Part shown: positions 16,832 to 26,039 of the stretch, piece after piece
How the letters are laid out: every line of letters begins with the position of its first letter
Numbering within the stretch: position 1 is the stretch's first letter
Assembly: GCA_038240075.1 (NCBI GenBank)
Contig: JBBSEC010000008.1
Span: forward strand, 18-64,017
Length of the DNA: 64,000 bases
Direction of reading: 5' to 3'
Source of the DNA: Acidimicrobiia bacterium
GTDB lineage: Bacteria > Actinomycetota > Acidimicrobiia > IMCC26256 > PALSA-610
The notes under the pieces: generated by a model
The model's database searches: none
The model's input: the letters and a program-made list of their open reading frames with translations, nothing else
Told to the model about the DNA's origin: nothing
Position numbers and translations under genes: made by a program

Positions 16832-18096
16832 TCGTCGTCGGTCTCAACCATCGTACGGTCCCGATTGCGGTGCTCGAACGCGTGAGCGTCCCGCAGTCGC
16901 AGCTCTCGAAGGCGCTGCACGACGCCGCCGCTCGTGAGCACCTCGCCGAAGCGGTCGTGCTTTCCACGTGCAATCGAACCGAGGTGTACGCGCGCACCAC
17001 GCGCTTCCACCCCGCCGTGGGCGATGTGCGCGACTTCCTCGCCGAGCTCTCCGGCGCCGATCCCGATGAGCTCTCGGATCACCTCTACACCTACGTCGAC
17101 GACGCCGCGACCGCGCATCTCTTCGCGGTGGCGGCCGGTCTCGACTCGATGATCGTCGGTGAGAGCGAGATCCTCGGTCAGGTGCGCAACGCGTGGCTCG
17201 CGGCCGAGAAGGAATCGACGGCCGGGTATCTCCTCGGCGGTGTCTTCCGTCACGCGGTCGAGTCGGGCAAGCGCGTCCGCACCGAGACGCAGATCGGGCG
17301 GCACCCGGTCTCGATCTCCTCCGCGGCCGTCGCGGTTGCCGGTGAGCATCTGGGCGGTCTCGAAGGCTGCCACGTGCTCGTCATCGGCGCGGGTGAGATG
17401 GCCGACGGTATGGCGGTCGCGCTCGCAAACCGCGGTGTCGCCGACATCTGCGTCGCGAACCGCACCCTCGGGCACGGCGACGATCTCGCCCGCCGCGTCG
17501 GAGGACGCGCGGTCGAGCTCGACCGTCTGCCCGACGAGCTCGCGGCCGCCGATCTGGTGCTCGCGTCGACGGGGTCGAGCGACGTGCTGGTGGAACGCAG
17601 CGCGGTAGAAGTCGCGATCGCGCAGCGACCCGAGCGTCCGCTCCTCGTCGTCGACGTTGCGATGCCGCGCGACATCGATCCCGGTGTCGGCGCGATCCCG
17701 TCGGTCACGCTGCTCGACATCGACGACCTCAAGGATTTCGCCCGCCGGTCGTCGGAACGCCGCCGCGCCGAGATCGGCAAGGCGCGCGAGATCCTCAACG
17801 AAGAGCTCGACCGCTACCGCAGCGCGCGCGACGCCCGTCAGGCCGTGCCGCTCGTCGTCGCGTTGCGCGAGATGGGCGACGACATCCGTGGGCGCGAGCT
17901 CGAACGCTTCGGACCACGGTTCTCCGACCTCGACGACGCGACGCGCGCCGACATCGAGGCGTTGACACGCGGCATCGTCAACAAGTTGCTGCACGAGCCC
18001 ACCGTCCGGCTCAAGGCGGCCGCAGGGACCGACCTCGGCGCCGCCTACGCGGAGACCCTCGCCGCCCTCTTCGATCTGCCCAGTGGCGATACCTAG
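16822..18096 (+). CDS. hemA: Glutamyl-tRNA reductase
   Basis: GLNHRT, LSTCNRTEVY, GLDSMIVGESEILGQV, IGAGEM, DVAMPRDI. Confidence 0.96.
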   Translation: MSLIVVGLNHRTVPIAVLERVSVPQSQLSKALHDAAAREHLAEAVVLSTCNRTEVYARTTRFHPAVGDVRDFLAELSGADPDELSDHLYTYVDDAATAHLFAVAAGLDSMIVGESEILGQVRNAWLAAEKESTAGYLLGGVFRHAVESGKRVRTETQIGRHPVSISSAAVAVAGEHLGGLEGCHVLVIGAGEMADGMAVALANRGVADICVANRTLGHGDDLARRVGGRAVELDRLPDELAAADLVLASTGSSDVLVERSAVEVAIAQRPERPLLVVDVAMPRDIDPGVGAIPSVTLLDIDDLKDFARRSSERRRAEIGKAREILNEELDRYRSARDARQAVPLVVALREMGDDIRGRELERFGPRFSDLDDATRADIEALTRGIVNKLLHEPTVRLKAAAGTDLGAAYAETLAALFDLPSGDT

Positions 18097-19000
18097 CCTG
18101 CGCGTCGCCAGCCGGGGGAGCGTGCTGGCGCGGTGGCAGGCGGAGCGGGTGATCTCGCTGCTCGACCGACCCGCGGAGCTCGTGATCGTGTCGACCCGCG
18201 GCGACGAACGTCGCGACGTCGAGATCCACAAGCTCGGTGGAACGGGCGTCTTCGTGAAGGAAGTCGAGCAGGCCGTGCTCGACGGGCGGGCCGATCTCGC
18301 CGTGCACTCCGCGAAGGATCTGCCGTCGACAACCGAAGCCGGTCTCGTGCTCGCCGCGGTTCCCGAACGGGCCGATCCCCGTGACGCGCTCGTCGGCGGC
18401 ACTCTCGCAGGGCTGCCGACGACGTCGCGAATCGCGACCGGGTCGGTACGCCGCCGCGCGCAGCTGGCGGCGGCGCGGCCCGACCTCCAGTTCACGGGAT
18501 TGCGCGGCAACCTGGAGACACGCATCGCGCGCGCCGCCGATGCCGACGTCGACGCGGTTGTCGTCGCGGTCGCCGCGCTCGAGCGACTGGGACGCCTGGA
18601 CGAGGCGACCGAGGTGCTCGAACCCTCGGTGATGCTTCCGCAGGTCGCACAGGGAGCGCTTGCGGTCGAGTGCCGCGCCGATGACGACGCGACGATCGCG
18701 ATCCTCGCGGCGATCGACGATGCCGACGCGCACCGGTGTGTGCTCGCCGAACGCGCGTTTCTCGCCGAGCTGGGCGGCGGCTGCGATCTTCCCGTCGGTG
18801 CGCTCGCGAGCCTCGTCGGCGACGAGTTGATGCTCACGGTGCTGCTCGCGTCGCTCGACGGACGCGTGGTCGTGCGTGCGCACGCGCGTGGCTCCGATCC
18901 GGCCGCGACGGGCCGCGCCGCCGCGGCCGCGTTGCTCGACGGCGCCGGTGGCCGTTCTCTGCTCGAGGCCGCGTTGCCGACGACGCTGCCGGTGCCGTGA
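18083..19000 (+). CDS. hemC: Hydroxymethylbilane synthase
   Basis: SRGSVLARWQ, GVFVKE, AVHSAKD, TGSVRR, LRGN, LGGGC. Confidence 0.96.
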   Translation: MAIPSLRVASRGSVLARWQAERVISLLDRPAELVIVSTRGDERRDVEIHKLGGTGVFVKEVEQAVLDGRADLAVHSAKDLPSTTEAGLVLAAVPERADPRDALVGGTLAGLPTTSRIATGSVRRRAQLAAARPDLQFTGLRGNLETRIARAADADVDAVVVAVAALERLGRLDEATEVLEPSVMLPQVAQGALAVECRADDDATIAILAAIDDADAHRCVLAERAFLAELGGGCDLPVGALASLVGDELMLTVLLASLDGRVVVRAHARGSDPAATGRAAAAALLDGAGGRSLLEAALPTTLPVP

Positions 19001-20466
19001 CCGTCTACCTGGTGGGAGCGGGGCCGGGCGATCCTGGGCTGCTCACGGTGCGCGGCGCCGAGCTGCTCGCGCGTGCCGATGTCGTGGTCCACGACCGTCT
19101 CTCGTCTCCGCTCCTGCTCGACCTCGCGCCGCTCGAGGCGGAACGGATCGATGTCGGGAAGGCGCCGGGCCGGGTCGCGATGCCTCAGGGCGACATCGAC
19201 CGGCTGCTCGTCGAGCGCGGGAAGCGCGGCGAGACCGTGGTCCGGTTGAAGGGCGGCGATCCCTTCGTGTTCGGCCGCGGTGGCGAAGAGGCCGAGGCGC
19301 TCATCGCGGCGGGGGTGCCGTTCGAGGTCGTCCCCGGCGTCACCAGCGCGATCGCGGCACCCGCGTACGCGGGCATCCCGGTCACGCACCGCGGGCTGTC
19401 GACCCACGTCACGATCGTCACCGGCCACGAAGACCCGGCGAAGGGAACGTCCGACACCGACTGGGAAGCGCTCGCGCGCGCGGGCGGCACGCTCGTCGTC
19501 TTGATGGGCGCGGGTCGGCTCGCCGAAGTCGCGGCGCGCCTCATTGCCGGTGGTCGCGCGCCCGAGACGCCGGTCGCGGCGGTGCGCTGGGGCACCCACC
19601 CGCATCAGCGCACGATCCGCGCGACCCTCGCAACCATCGCGGTGCAAGGAGTCGAAGCACCCTCGGCGATCGTGGTCGGCGCGGTGGCGGCACTCGACCT
19701 CGGGTGGTTCGAACGCCGTCCCCTCTTCGGCCGGCGCGTTGTCGTCACCCGCGCGCGCGAGCAGGCGAGTGGATTTCGGGCCCGGCTCGTCGAGCTCGGC
19801 GCCGAAGTGATCGAGCTGCCGGCGATCGCGGTGAAGCCACTCGAGTTCGAGCTCCCGGATCTCGCCGCGTACGGCTGGGTGGTGCTCACGTCGGCCAACG
19901 GCGTCGAGGCCTTCTTCACACATGGTCTCTTCGCACGCGGGCTCGACGCGCGCGCGCTCGCCGGCGTGAAGGTCGCGGCCATCGGGCCGGGAACCGCGAC
20001 CGCGCTCGGACGCTTCGGTGTCCGGCCCGACCTCGTGCCCGAGCGGTTCGTCGCCGAAGCGCTCCTCGCCGCGTTCCCACCGCCGCGCGCAACGGGTGAG
20101 AAGGTGCTCCTCGCGCGCGCCGAGCAGGCGCGCGACGTGCTCCCCGACGGGCTCGCGCGCAACGGATACTCCGTCGACGTCCTCGCGGTGTACCAAACGG
20201 TCACCGCCGAGCCCGATCCGGTCGAGCTCGAGCGGGTACGAGCCGGAGAGTTCGACGCGGTCACGTTCACGTCGTCGTCGACGGTCGACAACTTCTGCCG
20301 GCTCGTCGGCCCCCTCAGCGGCGATCCGATCATCGTGTCGATCGGGCCCGTCACCTCCGCGAGCGCGGCCGCGGCCGGGCTCCGCGTCACGGTCGAAGCC
20401 GATCCCCACGACATCGACGGTCTCGTTACCGCCGTCCTCGGCGTGCTCGGGCCACCGGTAGCCTGA
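18997..20466 (+). CDS. cobA: Fused uroporphyrinogen-III C-methyltransferase / uroporphyrinogen-III synthase (CobA-HemD)
   Basis: VYLVGAGPGDPGLLT, RLKGGDPFVFGRGGEE, then RPLFGRRVVVTRA, TSANGV, FTSSSTV, SIGPVT. Confidence 0.94.
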   Translation: MTVYLVGAGPGDPGLLTVRGAELLARADVVVHDRLSSPLLLDLAPLEAERIDVGKAPGRVAMPQGDIDRLLVERGKRGETVVRLKGGDPFVFGRGGEEAEALIAAGVPFEVVPGVTSAIAAPAYAGIPVTHRGLSTHVTIVTGHEDPAKGTSDTDWEALARAGGTLVVLMGAGRLAEVAARLIAGGRAPETPVAAVRWGTHPHQRTIRATLATIAVQGVEAPSAIVVGAVAALDLGWFERRPLFGRRVVVTRAREQASGFRARLVELGAEVIELPAIAVKPLEFELPDLAAYGWVVLTSANGVEAFFTHGLFARGLDARALAGVKVAAIGPGTATALGRFGVRPDLVPERFVAEALLAAFPPPRATGEKVLLARAEQARDVLPDGLARNGYSVDVLAVYQTVTAEPDPVELERVRAGEFDAVTFTSSSTVDNFCRLVGPLSGDPIIVSIGPVTSASAAAAGLRVTVEADPHDIDGLVTAVLGVLGPPVA

Positions 20467-20470
20467 TCGC

Positions 20471-21451
20471 ATGCCGTTCCCCGAACGGCGCCTCCGGCGT
20501 CTTCGTCGAACTCCCACGCTCCGGCGCCTCGTTGCCGAGACCCGGCTCTCCGTCGACGGCCTCGTCGCGCCGCTGTTCGTGAAGGAGGGCATCGACAAGC
20601 CCGAGCCCATCGCGTCGATGCCGGGCGTGGTTCAGCACACCCAGGAAAGCCTCCGCAAGGAGGTGCACGAGCTGGCCGGCCTCGGCATTCCCGCGGTGAT
20701 GCTGTTCGGGATACCGGCCGCGAAGGACGCGCGTGGCTCGGGCGCCGACGCGACCGACGGTGTCGTGCAGACCGCGGTGCGGAACCTGCGCGACGAGGTC
20801 GGTGACGCGATGGTGCTGATGACCGACGACTGCCTCGACGAGTTCACCGACCACGGTCACTGCGGACTGCTCACCGCCGATGGCCTCGTCGACAACGACG
20901 CGACGCTGGAGCGCTACGCGTCGATCGCACTGAGCCAGGCCGCCGCGGGCGTCGACATCGTGGCGCCTTCGGGAATGATGGACGGGCAGGTCGCGGCGAT
21001 CCGCGCCGCGCTCGACGGTGGCGGATACGAGGCGGTCGCGGTCCTTGCCTACGCGGCGAAGTACGCGTCGGCGCTCTACGGACCGTTCCGCGACGCGGCC
21101 GAGTGCGCACCCCAGTTCGGCGACCGGCGCGGCTACCAGATGGACCCTGCGAACGGGCGTGAAGCGATCGCGGAGGTCGCCGACGACGTCGCCGAAGGCG
21201 CCGACATCGTGATGGTGAAGCCCGCCCTCGCGTACCTCGACGTGATCGCGGCGATCCGCTCGCAGTTCTCGCTGCCGGTCGCGGCCTATCACGTCAGCGG
21301 TGAGTACGCGATGGTGAAGGCCGCCGCGCAGCTCGGTTGGATCGACGGTGAGGCCGTCGCACTCGAGCACCTGGTCGCGATCAAGCGCGCGGGCGCCGAC
21401 ATCATTCTCACCTACCTCGCTCGCGAGGTCGCCGAGCTCCTCCACGGTTAA
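20471..21451 (+). CDS. hemB: Porphobilinogen synthase (Zn-type)
   Basis: RLRRLR, DCLDEFTDHGHCG, APSGMMDG, YGPFRDA, MVKPAL, YHVSGEY. Confidence 0.97.
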   Translation: MPFPERRLRRLRRTPTLRRLVAETRLSVDGLVAPLFVKEGIDKPEPIASMPGVVQHTQESLRKEVHELAGLGIPAVMLFGIPAAKDARGSGADATDGVVQTAVRNLRDEVGDAMVLMTDDCLDEFTDHGHCGLLTADGLVDNDATLERYASIALSQAAAGVDIVAPSGMMDGQVAAIRAALDGGGYEAVAVLAYAAKYASALYGPFRDAAECAPQFGDRRGYQMDPANGREAIAEVADDVAEGADIVMVKPALAYLDVIAAIRSQFSLPVAAYHVSGEYAMVKAAAQLGWIDGEAVALEHLVAIKRAGADIILTYLAREVAELLHG

Positions 21452-21459
21452 AGGCATTT

Positions 21460-22728
21460 GTGAGCGAGCTTTTCGATCGGGCTCTCGCGCGCATCCCCGG
21501 CGGTGTGAACTCGCCGGTGCGTTCGTTCGCGTCGGTGGGCGGGCGGCCGTTCTTCACCGCGCGCGGTGAAGGCGCGTACCTGATCGACACCGACGATCGG
21601 CGCTACGTCGACTACGTGCAGTCGTGGGGGGCGTCGATCCTCGGTCACGCGCATCCGGCCGTCGTCGAGGCGGTGCAGCGCGCCGCAGCCGCGGGCACCT
21701 CGTACGGCACGCCGACGCGCGGCGAGGTCGAGCTCGCGGAGGTCATCTGCGACCGCGTCCCCGGTGTCGAGAAACTCCGGCTGGTGTCGTCGGGAACGGA
21801 AGCCGCGATGACCGCGGTGCGGCTCGCGCGCGGTGCGACCGGGCGCGACAAGATCGTGAAGTTCGCGGGCTGTTACCACGGCCACGCCGACGCGTTGCTC
21901 GTCGCCGCGGGCAGCGGAGTCGCGACTCTCGGGCTTCCGGGCTCGGCTGGAGTGACGAAGGGCGCCACCGCCGACACGATCGTCGTGCCTTACAACGACC
22001 TCGATGCGCTCGACGCCGTCCTCGCGACGCACGGCTCGACCGTGGCTGCGATTCTCGTCGAACCGGTCGCGGCGAACATGGGTCTGGTTGCGCCCGCACC
22101 GGGGTACCTCGACCGACTCCGCGCGCGCTGCACCGCGGCCGGCGCGCTGCTCGTCTTCGACGAGGTGATCACCGGCTTCCGTGTCGGTCCGGCCGGAGCA
22201 CAGGGCCGCTTCGGGGTGCGCCCCGATCTCTCGATCTTCGGCAAGGTCGTCGGCGGTGGGCTGCCGCTCGCCGCGCTCGGCGGACCCACCGCGATCATGG
22301 ACGAGCTCGCGCCGCTCGGGGCCGTGTACCAGGCCGGCACTCTGTCGGGGAACCCGCTCGCGACCGCGGCCGGCCTCGCGGTGCTCGCCCGCCTCGATGA
22401 GGCCGCGTTCACCGAGTTGGAGTCGAAGGCCGAGCGGCTCGAGCGCAGTCTCCGCGACGCGTGCCGCGCCGCGGGCGTCGCGGCTCAGGTCACGCGGGTG
22501 CACACGCTCGTGGGGCTGTTCTTCGCGGCGGCCACGGTCGTCGACTACGAGCGCGCGAAGGCGGCCGACCACGATCGGTACGCGCGCCTGTTCCACGGCC
22601 TGCTCGACCGCGGCGTCTACTTTGCGCCGAGCGGCTACGAGACGTTGTTCGTCTCGCTTGCACATGACGACGTCGCCGCCGAGGCGACGGCAACCGCCGT
22701 GTTCGACGCGCTGTCGCAGCTCGGGTAA
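21460..22728 (+). CDS. hemL: Glutamate-1-semialdehyde 2,1-aminomutase
   Basis: PGGVNSPVR, SGTEA, GCYHGH, FDEVITGFR, GKVVGGGLP, YQAGTLSGNP. Confidence 0.97.
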   Translation: MSELFDRALARIPGGVNSPVRSFASVGGRPFFTARGEGAYLIDTDDRRYVDYVQSWGASILGHAHPAVVEAVQRAAAAGTSYGTPTRGEVELAEVICDRVPGVEKLRLVSSGTEAAMTAVRLARGATGRDKIVKFAGCYHGHADALLVAAGSGVATLGLPGSAGVTKGATADTIVVPYNDLDALDAVLATHGSTVAAILVEPVAANMGLVAPAPGYLDRLRARCTAAGALLVFDEVITGFRVGPAGAQGRFGVRPDLSIFGKVVGGGLPLAALGGPTAIMDELAPLGAVYQAGTLSGNPLATAAGLAVLARLDEAAFTELESKAERLERSLRDACRAAGVAAQVTRVHTLVGLFFAAATVVDYERAKAADHDRYARLFHGLLDRGVYFAPSGYETLFVSLAHDDVAAEATATAVFDALSQLG

Positions 22729-22824
22729 CGCTCGCCTGCTCAGTCCTTTACACGGTCGCATGCTCGCTCGACTGGGCGTGCGCTCCGGCCGAGAACTCAG
22801 CTGAACGCTCGCCTGCTCAGTCCT
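22727..22824. repeat. 21-bp direct repeat (aacgctcgcctgctcagtcct) flanking a 56-bp insert; 77-bp period
   Basis: Exact copies at 22727-22747 and 22804-22824 between two convergent stop codons. Confidence 0.85.
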
Positions 22825-23068
22825 CGCCGGTCCGGCGCCTGCGCACGCGGTCCATGTAGAAGAGGGAGGCCGCGAACAAACCGCACATGATCGCGAACGC
22901 CACGAACGCCGCCGCGCCCTGGTCGGATGCGTCGATGGGCTGCGGTGCGACGGCACCCGCGGGCACCGCCGAGGCGAGCAGCGCGAGCAGCGACGCCATC
23001 GCGAGGAGCGGGTATCGGAGCGTGCGGAGCTTGATCGACGGTCGGGTCATCAACGGTTCGTTCCTCAT
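22817..23068 (-). CDS. Small membrane protein, last gene of the Rieske/cytb operon
   Basis: Signal-like helix plus C-terminal TM followed by RVRRRR; ATGA overlap with the upstream gene. Confidence 0.6.
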   Translation of the reverse strand: MRNEPLMTRPSIKLRTLRYPLLAMASLLALLASAVPAGAVAPQPIDASDQGAAAFVAFAIMCGLFAASLFYMDRVRRRRTGED

Positions 23069-23877
23069 GTCGCCGGCACGGGGCTCTTCGCCAACCGCTG
23101 CTTCTCGCGCTCGCGCTCACGCTCGTCGAGCTCGTACCAGTGCAGGCCGAGCATGCTGATGACGAAGAGGATGATCGAGCCGAACAGGTAGCAGACCGGT
23201 GGCAGGCGGGTGGAGCCGAAGTCGTACTCGAGCACGGCAACCTTGCGCGGGATGTCGGGGTCGCACTTCGGTAGCGGAGGCTTCTGACCGAACGGAACGG
23301 TCTGCACGAGCGCAACGCAGTACTGCACCGCCGCGTACTCGGGCTTGTGCCAGAAGTAGCGGTTCGGCTCACCGCCGACCTGGTACGTGCGCAGGTTCTG
23401 TGTCGGGTCGTCGGTGATGTACTGCAACCCGCTGTCGAACTGCGCGAACGGTTGCACCTTCGGCTTGGCGCCCGGCAGCGTGACCGCCCGCACGAACGCG
23501 CTGTCGAGGAAGGATCGGATGGTCGTGGCGGTCTGCGGAATCAGCAGCGATCCTTGTTGCGCGATATTACGGATCGCGGGGATCTTCGCGTCGGTGAACG
23601 AGGTGTCGACCTCGACCGCCTTCCACGCCGCAGCCCGGCCCTTGGGGCTCTCGAGCGGTGTGCTCGTCGTGAGCCACAGGGTGCTGAGCAGCACCATGAA
23701 GCCCGTCAGTGCCGCGGCCGCGACCAGGAACCCAAGCCGCGCCCCGAGGTTGGTCGAGAGCAGCAGGTAAGCCGATCCGCAGAACAGGAACACGCCCGCG
23801 ACGGGAGCGAGGATGCCGATGATCGTCGGATCCCACAACGTGTTCGAGGCGGCGAGGACGAGGGCGAGGTGCATCAC
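23065..23877 (-). CDS. Membrane protein of unknown function in the Rieske/cytb operon
   Basis: Two N-terminal TMs, a soluble domain with Cys residues, a C-terminal TM; GGAG SD; tight spacing. Confidence 0.75.
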   Translation of the reverse strand: MMHLALVLAASNTLWDPTIIGILAPVAGVFLFCGSAYLLLSTNLGARLGFLVAAAALTGFMVLLSTLWLTTSTPLESPKGRAAAWKAVEVDTSFTDAKIPAIRNIAQQGSLLIPQTATTIRSFLDSAFVRAVTLPGAKPKVQPFAQFDSGLQYITDDPTQNLRTYQVGGEPNRYFWHKPEYAAVQYCVALVQTVPFGQKPPLPKCDPDIPRKVAVLEYDFGSTRLPPVCYLFGSIILFVISMLGLHWYELDEREREREKQRLAKSPVPAT

Positions 23878-23883
23878 AGGCTC

Positions 23884-25119
23884 CTAGAACTTCGCGCCGG
23901 GATAGTCGACCGCTTCGAGCTTGTCAGTGGTCTTGTCGAGCCCTTCACGTTCGTACGTGACGATCTCGGTGATCTGCTCCTTCGTCAACAGCACACCGAA
24001 TCCTGGCATCCGGCCGGTACCGACTCCGTTGTTGCCGTACGGGGCTTCGAAGTCGGAGCCGAGTGACACGAACGCGATCTGCTGGGCGAGGCCGGCTCCG
24101 TTCGCGTTGTCGGAGAAGCGCGCGAGCTCCTGACTCAGGTCGGGGCCGAACGCGCCGCCGCCCGGCTGTTCGATCACGTTCTCGGGTTTCATGCCCGTCG
24201 ACGGATCGAACACCGACCAACCCATGGTGTGACACCGGGCGCAGTTCACCTCGAACAGGAGTTGTCCTTGGGACACGTTTTTTCTTCGGGCCGACCAGTC
24301 TTCGGCCCAGCTCAGCGCGCTCTGGGCATCGGTGACGGCAGTGTGTGCGGTCGTGACGTCGACCGCGGCGGCCTTGGGGTTGTCCTCGACCTTGATGAGA
24401 TTCTTCTGTGCGGCGGTGAGCGCTTCCTGCGCCGCCTTGAGCTGCTGGGACGGTTCGCCGGCGTACGCCGCGAGCGCATCGTTCGACTGCTTGCGTGCCT
24501 GTTCCGGAGTCAGCTGCCGTGACTTGATGTACGCGACGAGGTCGTTGATGCTCTGCACGTTCTTCGGGCCGCCTCCTGCGACACCCCACGGCTGCATCGG
24601 GGTCCCGGGCCGCCCGTACGTGATGATCTGGTTGACCTCTTGCGGCGAGAAGCGCAGCAGCACCGTGTTGAGTGCCGGTGCTCTCCACGGCACGAGGTTG
24701 CCGCTCTTGTCCTTGAAGATGTGTGCGACGCTGGTCGAGCCGCCACCGAGATCGGTGCCGTGGCAGTTGGCACACTGCAGCGACTTCGCCTGGTCGTACG
24801 CGGTCATCTGGTTGTTCGCGAACAGCGTCGCGCCGCGCTCGACGGCACCGCTGCTGAAGTAGTGCGCCGACTCGTGCTGGCGGTTGGGCTCGCGCAGCCA
24901 GTAGATCGGGAGCGCGACCGCGACGAGCGCGGCGAAGAACAGCGTCCAGCCGAGCACGCGCTCGAGGTGCGGGCCTTCGAGGGTCTCGTCGTCGTGGAAC
25001 ACCGCGAGGTTTTGCGGCGTGTGGGTTTCGCGGGTGCGCTTGACCGACACGATCGCGAAGATCGCGAGTGCCAGCAGCGCCGCGAGATTGATCACGACGA
25101 GAACATTGCGAACGCTCAT
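23884..25119 (-). CDS. Membrane-anchored diheme cytochrome c
   Basis: CANCH and CARCH heme motifs, candidate distal Met in PGTPMQPW and GRMPGF; two N-terminal TMs. Confidence 0.9.
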   Translation of the reverse strand: MSVRNVLVVINLAALLALAIFAIVSVKRTRETHTPQNLAVFHDDETLEGPHLERVLGWTLFFAALVAVALPIYWLREPNRQHESAHYFSSGAVERGATLFANNQMTAYDQAKSLQCANCHGTDLGGGSTSVAHIFKDKSGNLVPWRAPALNTVLLRFSPQEVNQIITYGRPGTPMQPWGVAGGGPKNVQSINDLVAYIKSRQLTPEQARKQSNDALAAYAGEPSQQLKAAQEALTAAQKNLIKVEDNPKAAAVDVTTAHTAVTDAQSALSWAEDWSARRKNVSQGQLLFEVNCARCHTMGWSVFDPSTGMKPENVIEQPGGGAFGPDLSQELARFSDNANGAGLAQQIAFVSLGSDFEAPYGNNGVGTGRMPGFGVLLTKEQITEIVTYEREGLDKTTDKLEAVDYPGAKF

Positions 25120-25172
25120 GACGATCTCCCGTCGGGATCAGTCATGACGTGCGCACACGCGATGTGGTGCAT
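25116..25172 (-). CDS. Putative 18-aa bridging mini-ORF (MHHIACAHVMTDPDGRSS)
   Basis: GGGAGG just after the Rieske stop, ATG at 25172, TGA overlapping the cytochrome c ATG (ATGA). Confidence 0.3.
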   Translation of the reverse strand: MHHIACAHVMTDPDGRSS

Positions 25173-25181
25173 GCCTCCCTC

Positions 25182-26030
25182 TCAGCCAACGCAGTGCGGG
25201 CCTTCTGCCACTTGTCCGGTCGTGTTGGTGCCGATGGGCGGGCCCACGGAGAGCAGCCCGGTGTTGATGCTGACAGCACCGCCGGAGATGAGCGCCTGGA
25301 AACGGTCGAGACCGCGTGGTGCCGGCCCGTCGCGCTTCTCGCCCACCCGGTTGTACTTCGAGCCGTGGCAGGGGCATTCGAACCACTGCGCCGACTGGCA
25401 CCACGGGACTCGGCAGCCGAGGTGCACACACTTCTGGTACAGGGCGACGATGCCCTGCTCCATGCCGGCGTAGATGTAGTCGTCGTAGATCTTCTTCGCG
25501 TTGGGCAGCGCGTTCGCGGGATACGGCTGGATGTAGGTCCGCGCCTCGGGAACGTAGAACGGCTGCAGGTTGGTCGCCATGAACGAGGTGATGTCGGACA
25601 GCTTCCCGGCCGCGATCGTGCCGCCGAAACCGCCGCTGCTCGACGGCCAGAGGAACGCAAGCAGGCTCGCCCCGAAGGTGCCGAGCGCGGCGAGCACGGT
25701 GACGAGGATCCCGCGGTTGAGGAACTGCCGGCGGGTGACACCGAGCTCTTCCGGGTCGACCGGTTCCCAGACGACCGGGGTGGAGCCCCGGCGCTTCGCG
25801 AGCCCACCAGCGGCCTGCGCGCGCGCGTCGTCGGCGCGCCCGCGCGCCTCGGCACTGAGCTCGAGCTCGGTACCCGTGGCGGCGTCGTTGCCCTTGGGGT
25901 CGGTGCTCGCGTCGCGGCTCAACGTCTCGCGGCTGAGGTTCCCGGTTGCGGAGCGCTGCCGGTTCGCGAGCAGGAAGAGGCTGGCGAGTGCGATGAGGAT
26001 GACGATGACGATCGGGATGACGACGATCAC
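25182..26030 (-). CDS. Rieske [2Fe-2S] subunit of a Rieske/cytochrome b complex
   Basis: CVHLGC and CPCHGSKY boxes, GPAPRGL, internal twin-arginine VTRRQFL plus TM. Confidence 0.93.
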   Translation of the reverse strand: MIVVIPIVIVILIALASLFLLANRQRSATGNLSRETLSRDASTDPKGNDAATGTELELSAEARGRADDARAQAAGGLAKRRGSTPVVWEPVDPEELGVTRRQFLNRGILVTVLAALGTFGASLLAFLWPSSSGGFGGTIAAGKLSDITSFMATNLQPFYVPEARTYIQPYPANALPNAKKIYDDYIYAGMEQGIVALYQKCVHLGCRVPWCQSAQWFECPCHGSKYNRVGEKRDGPAPRGLDRFQALISGGAVSINTGLLSVGPPIGTNTTGQVAEGPHCVG

Positions 26031-26039
26031 GATTTCTCC

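Noticed and set aside
22727-22824. Repeat-spacer-repeat as a mini-CRISPR
   Set aside because: Only two 21-bp copies, overlapping gene stops; the 56-bp insert resembles the other MIRU-like units
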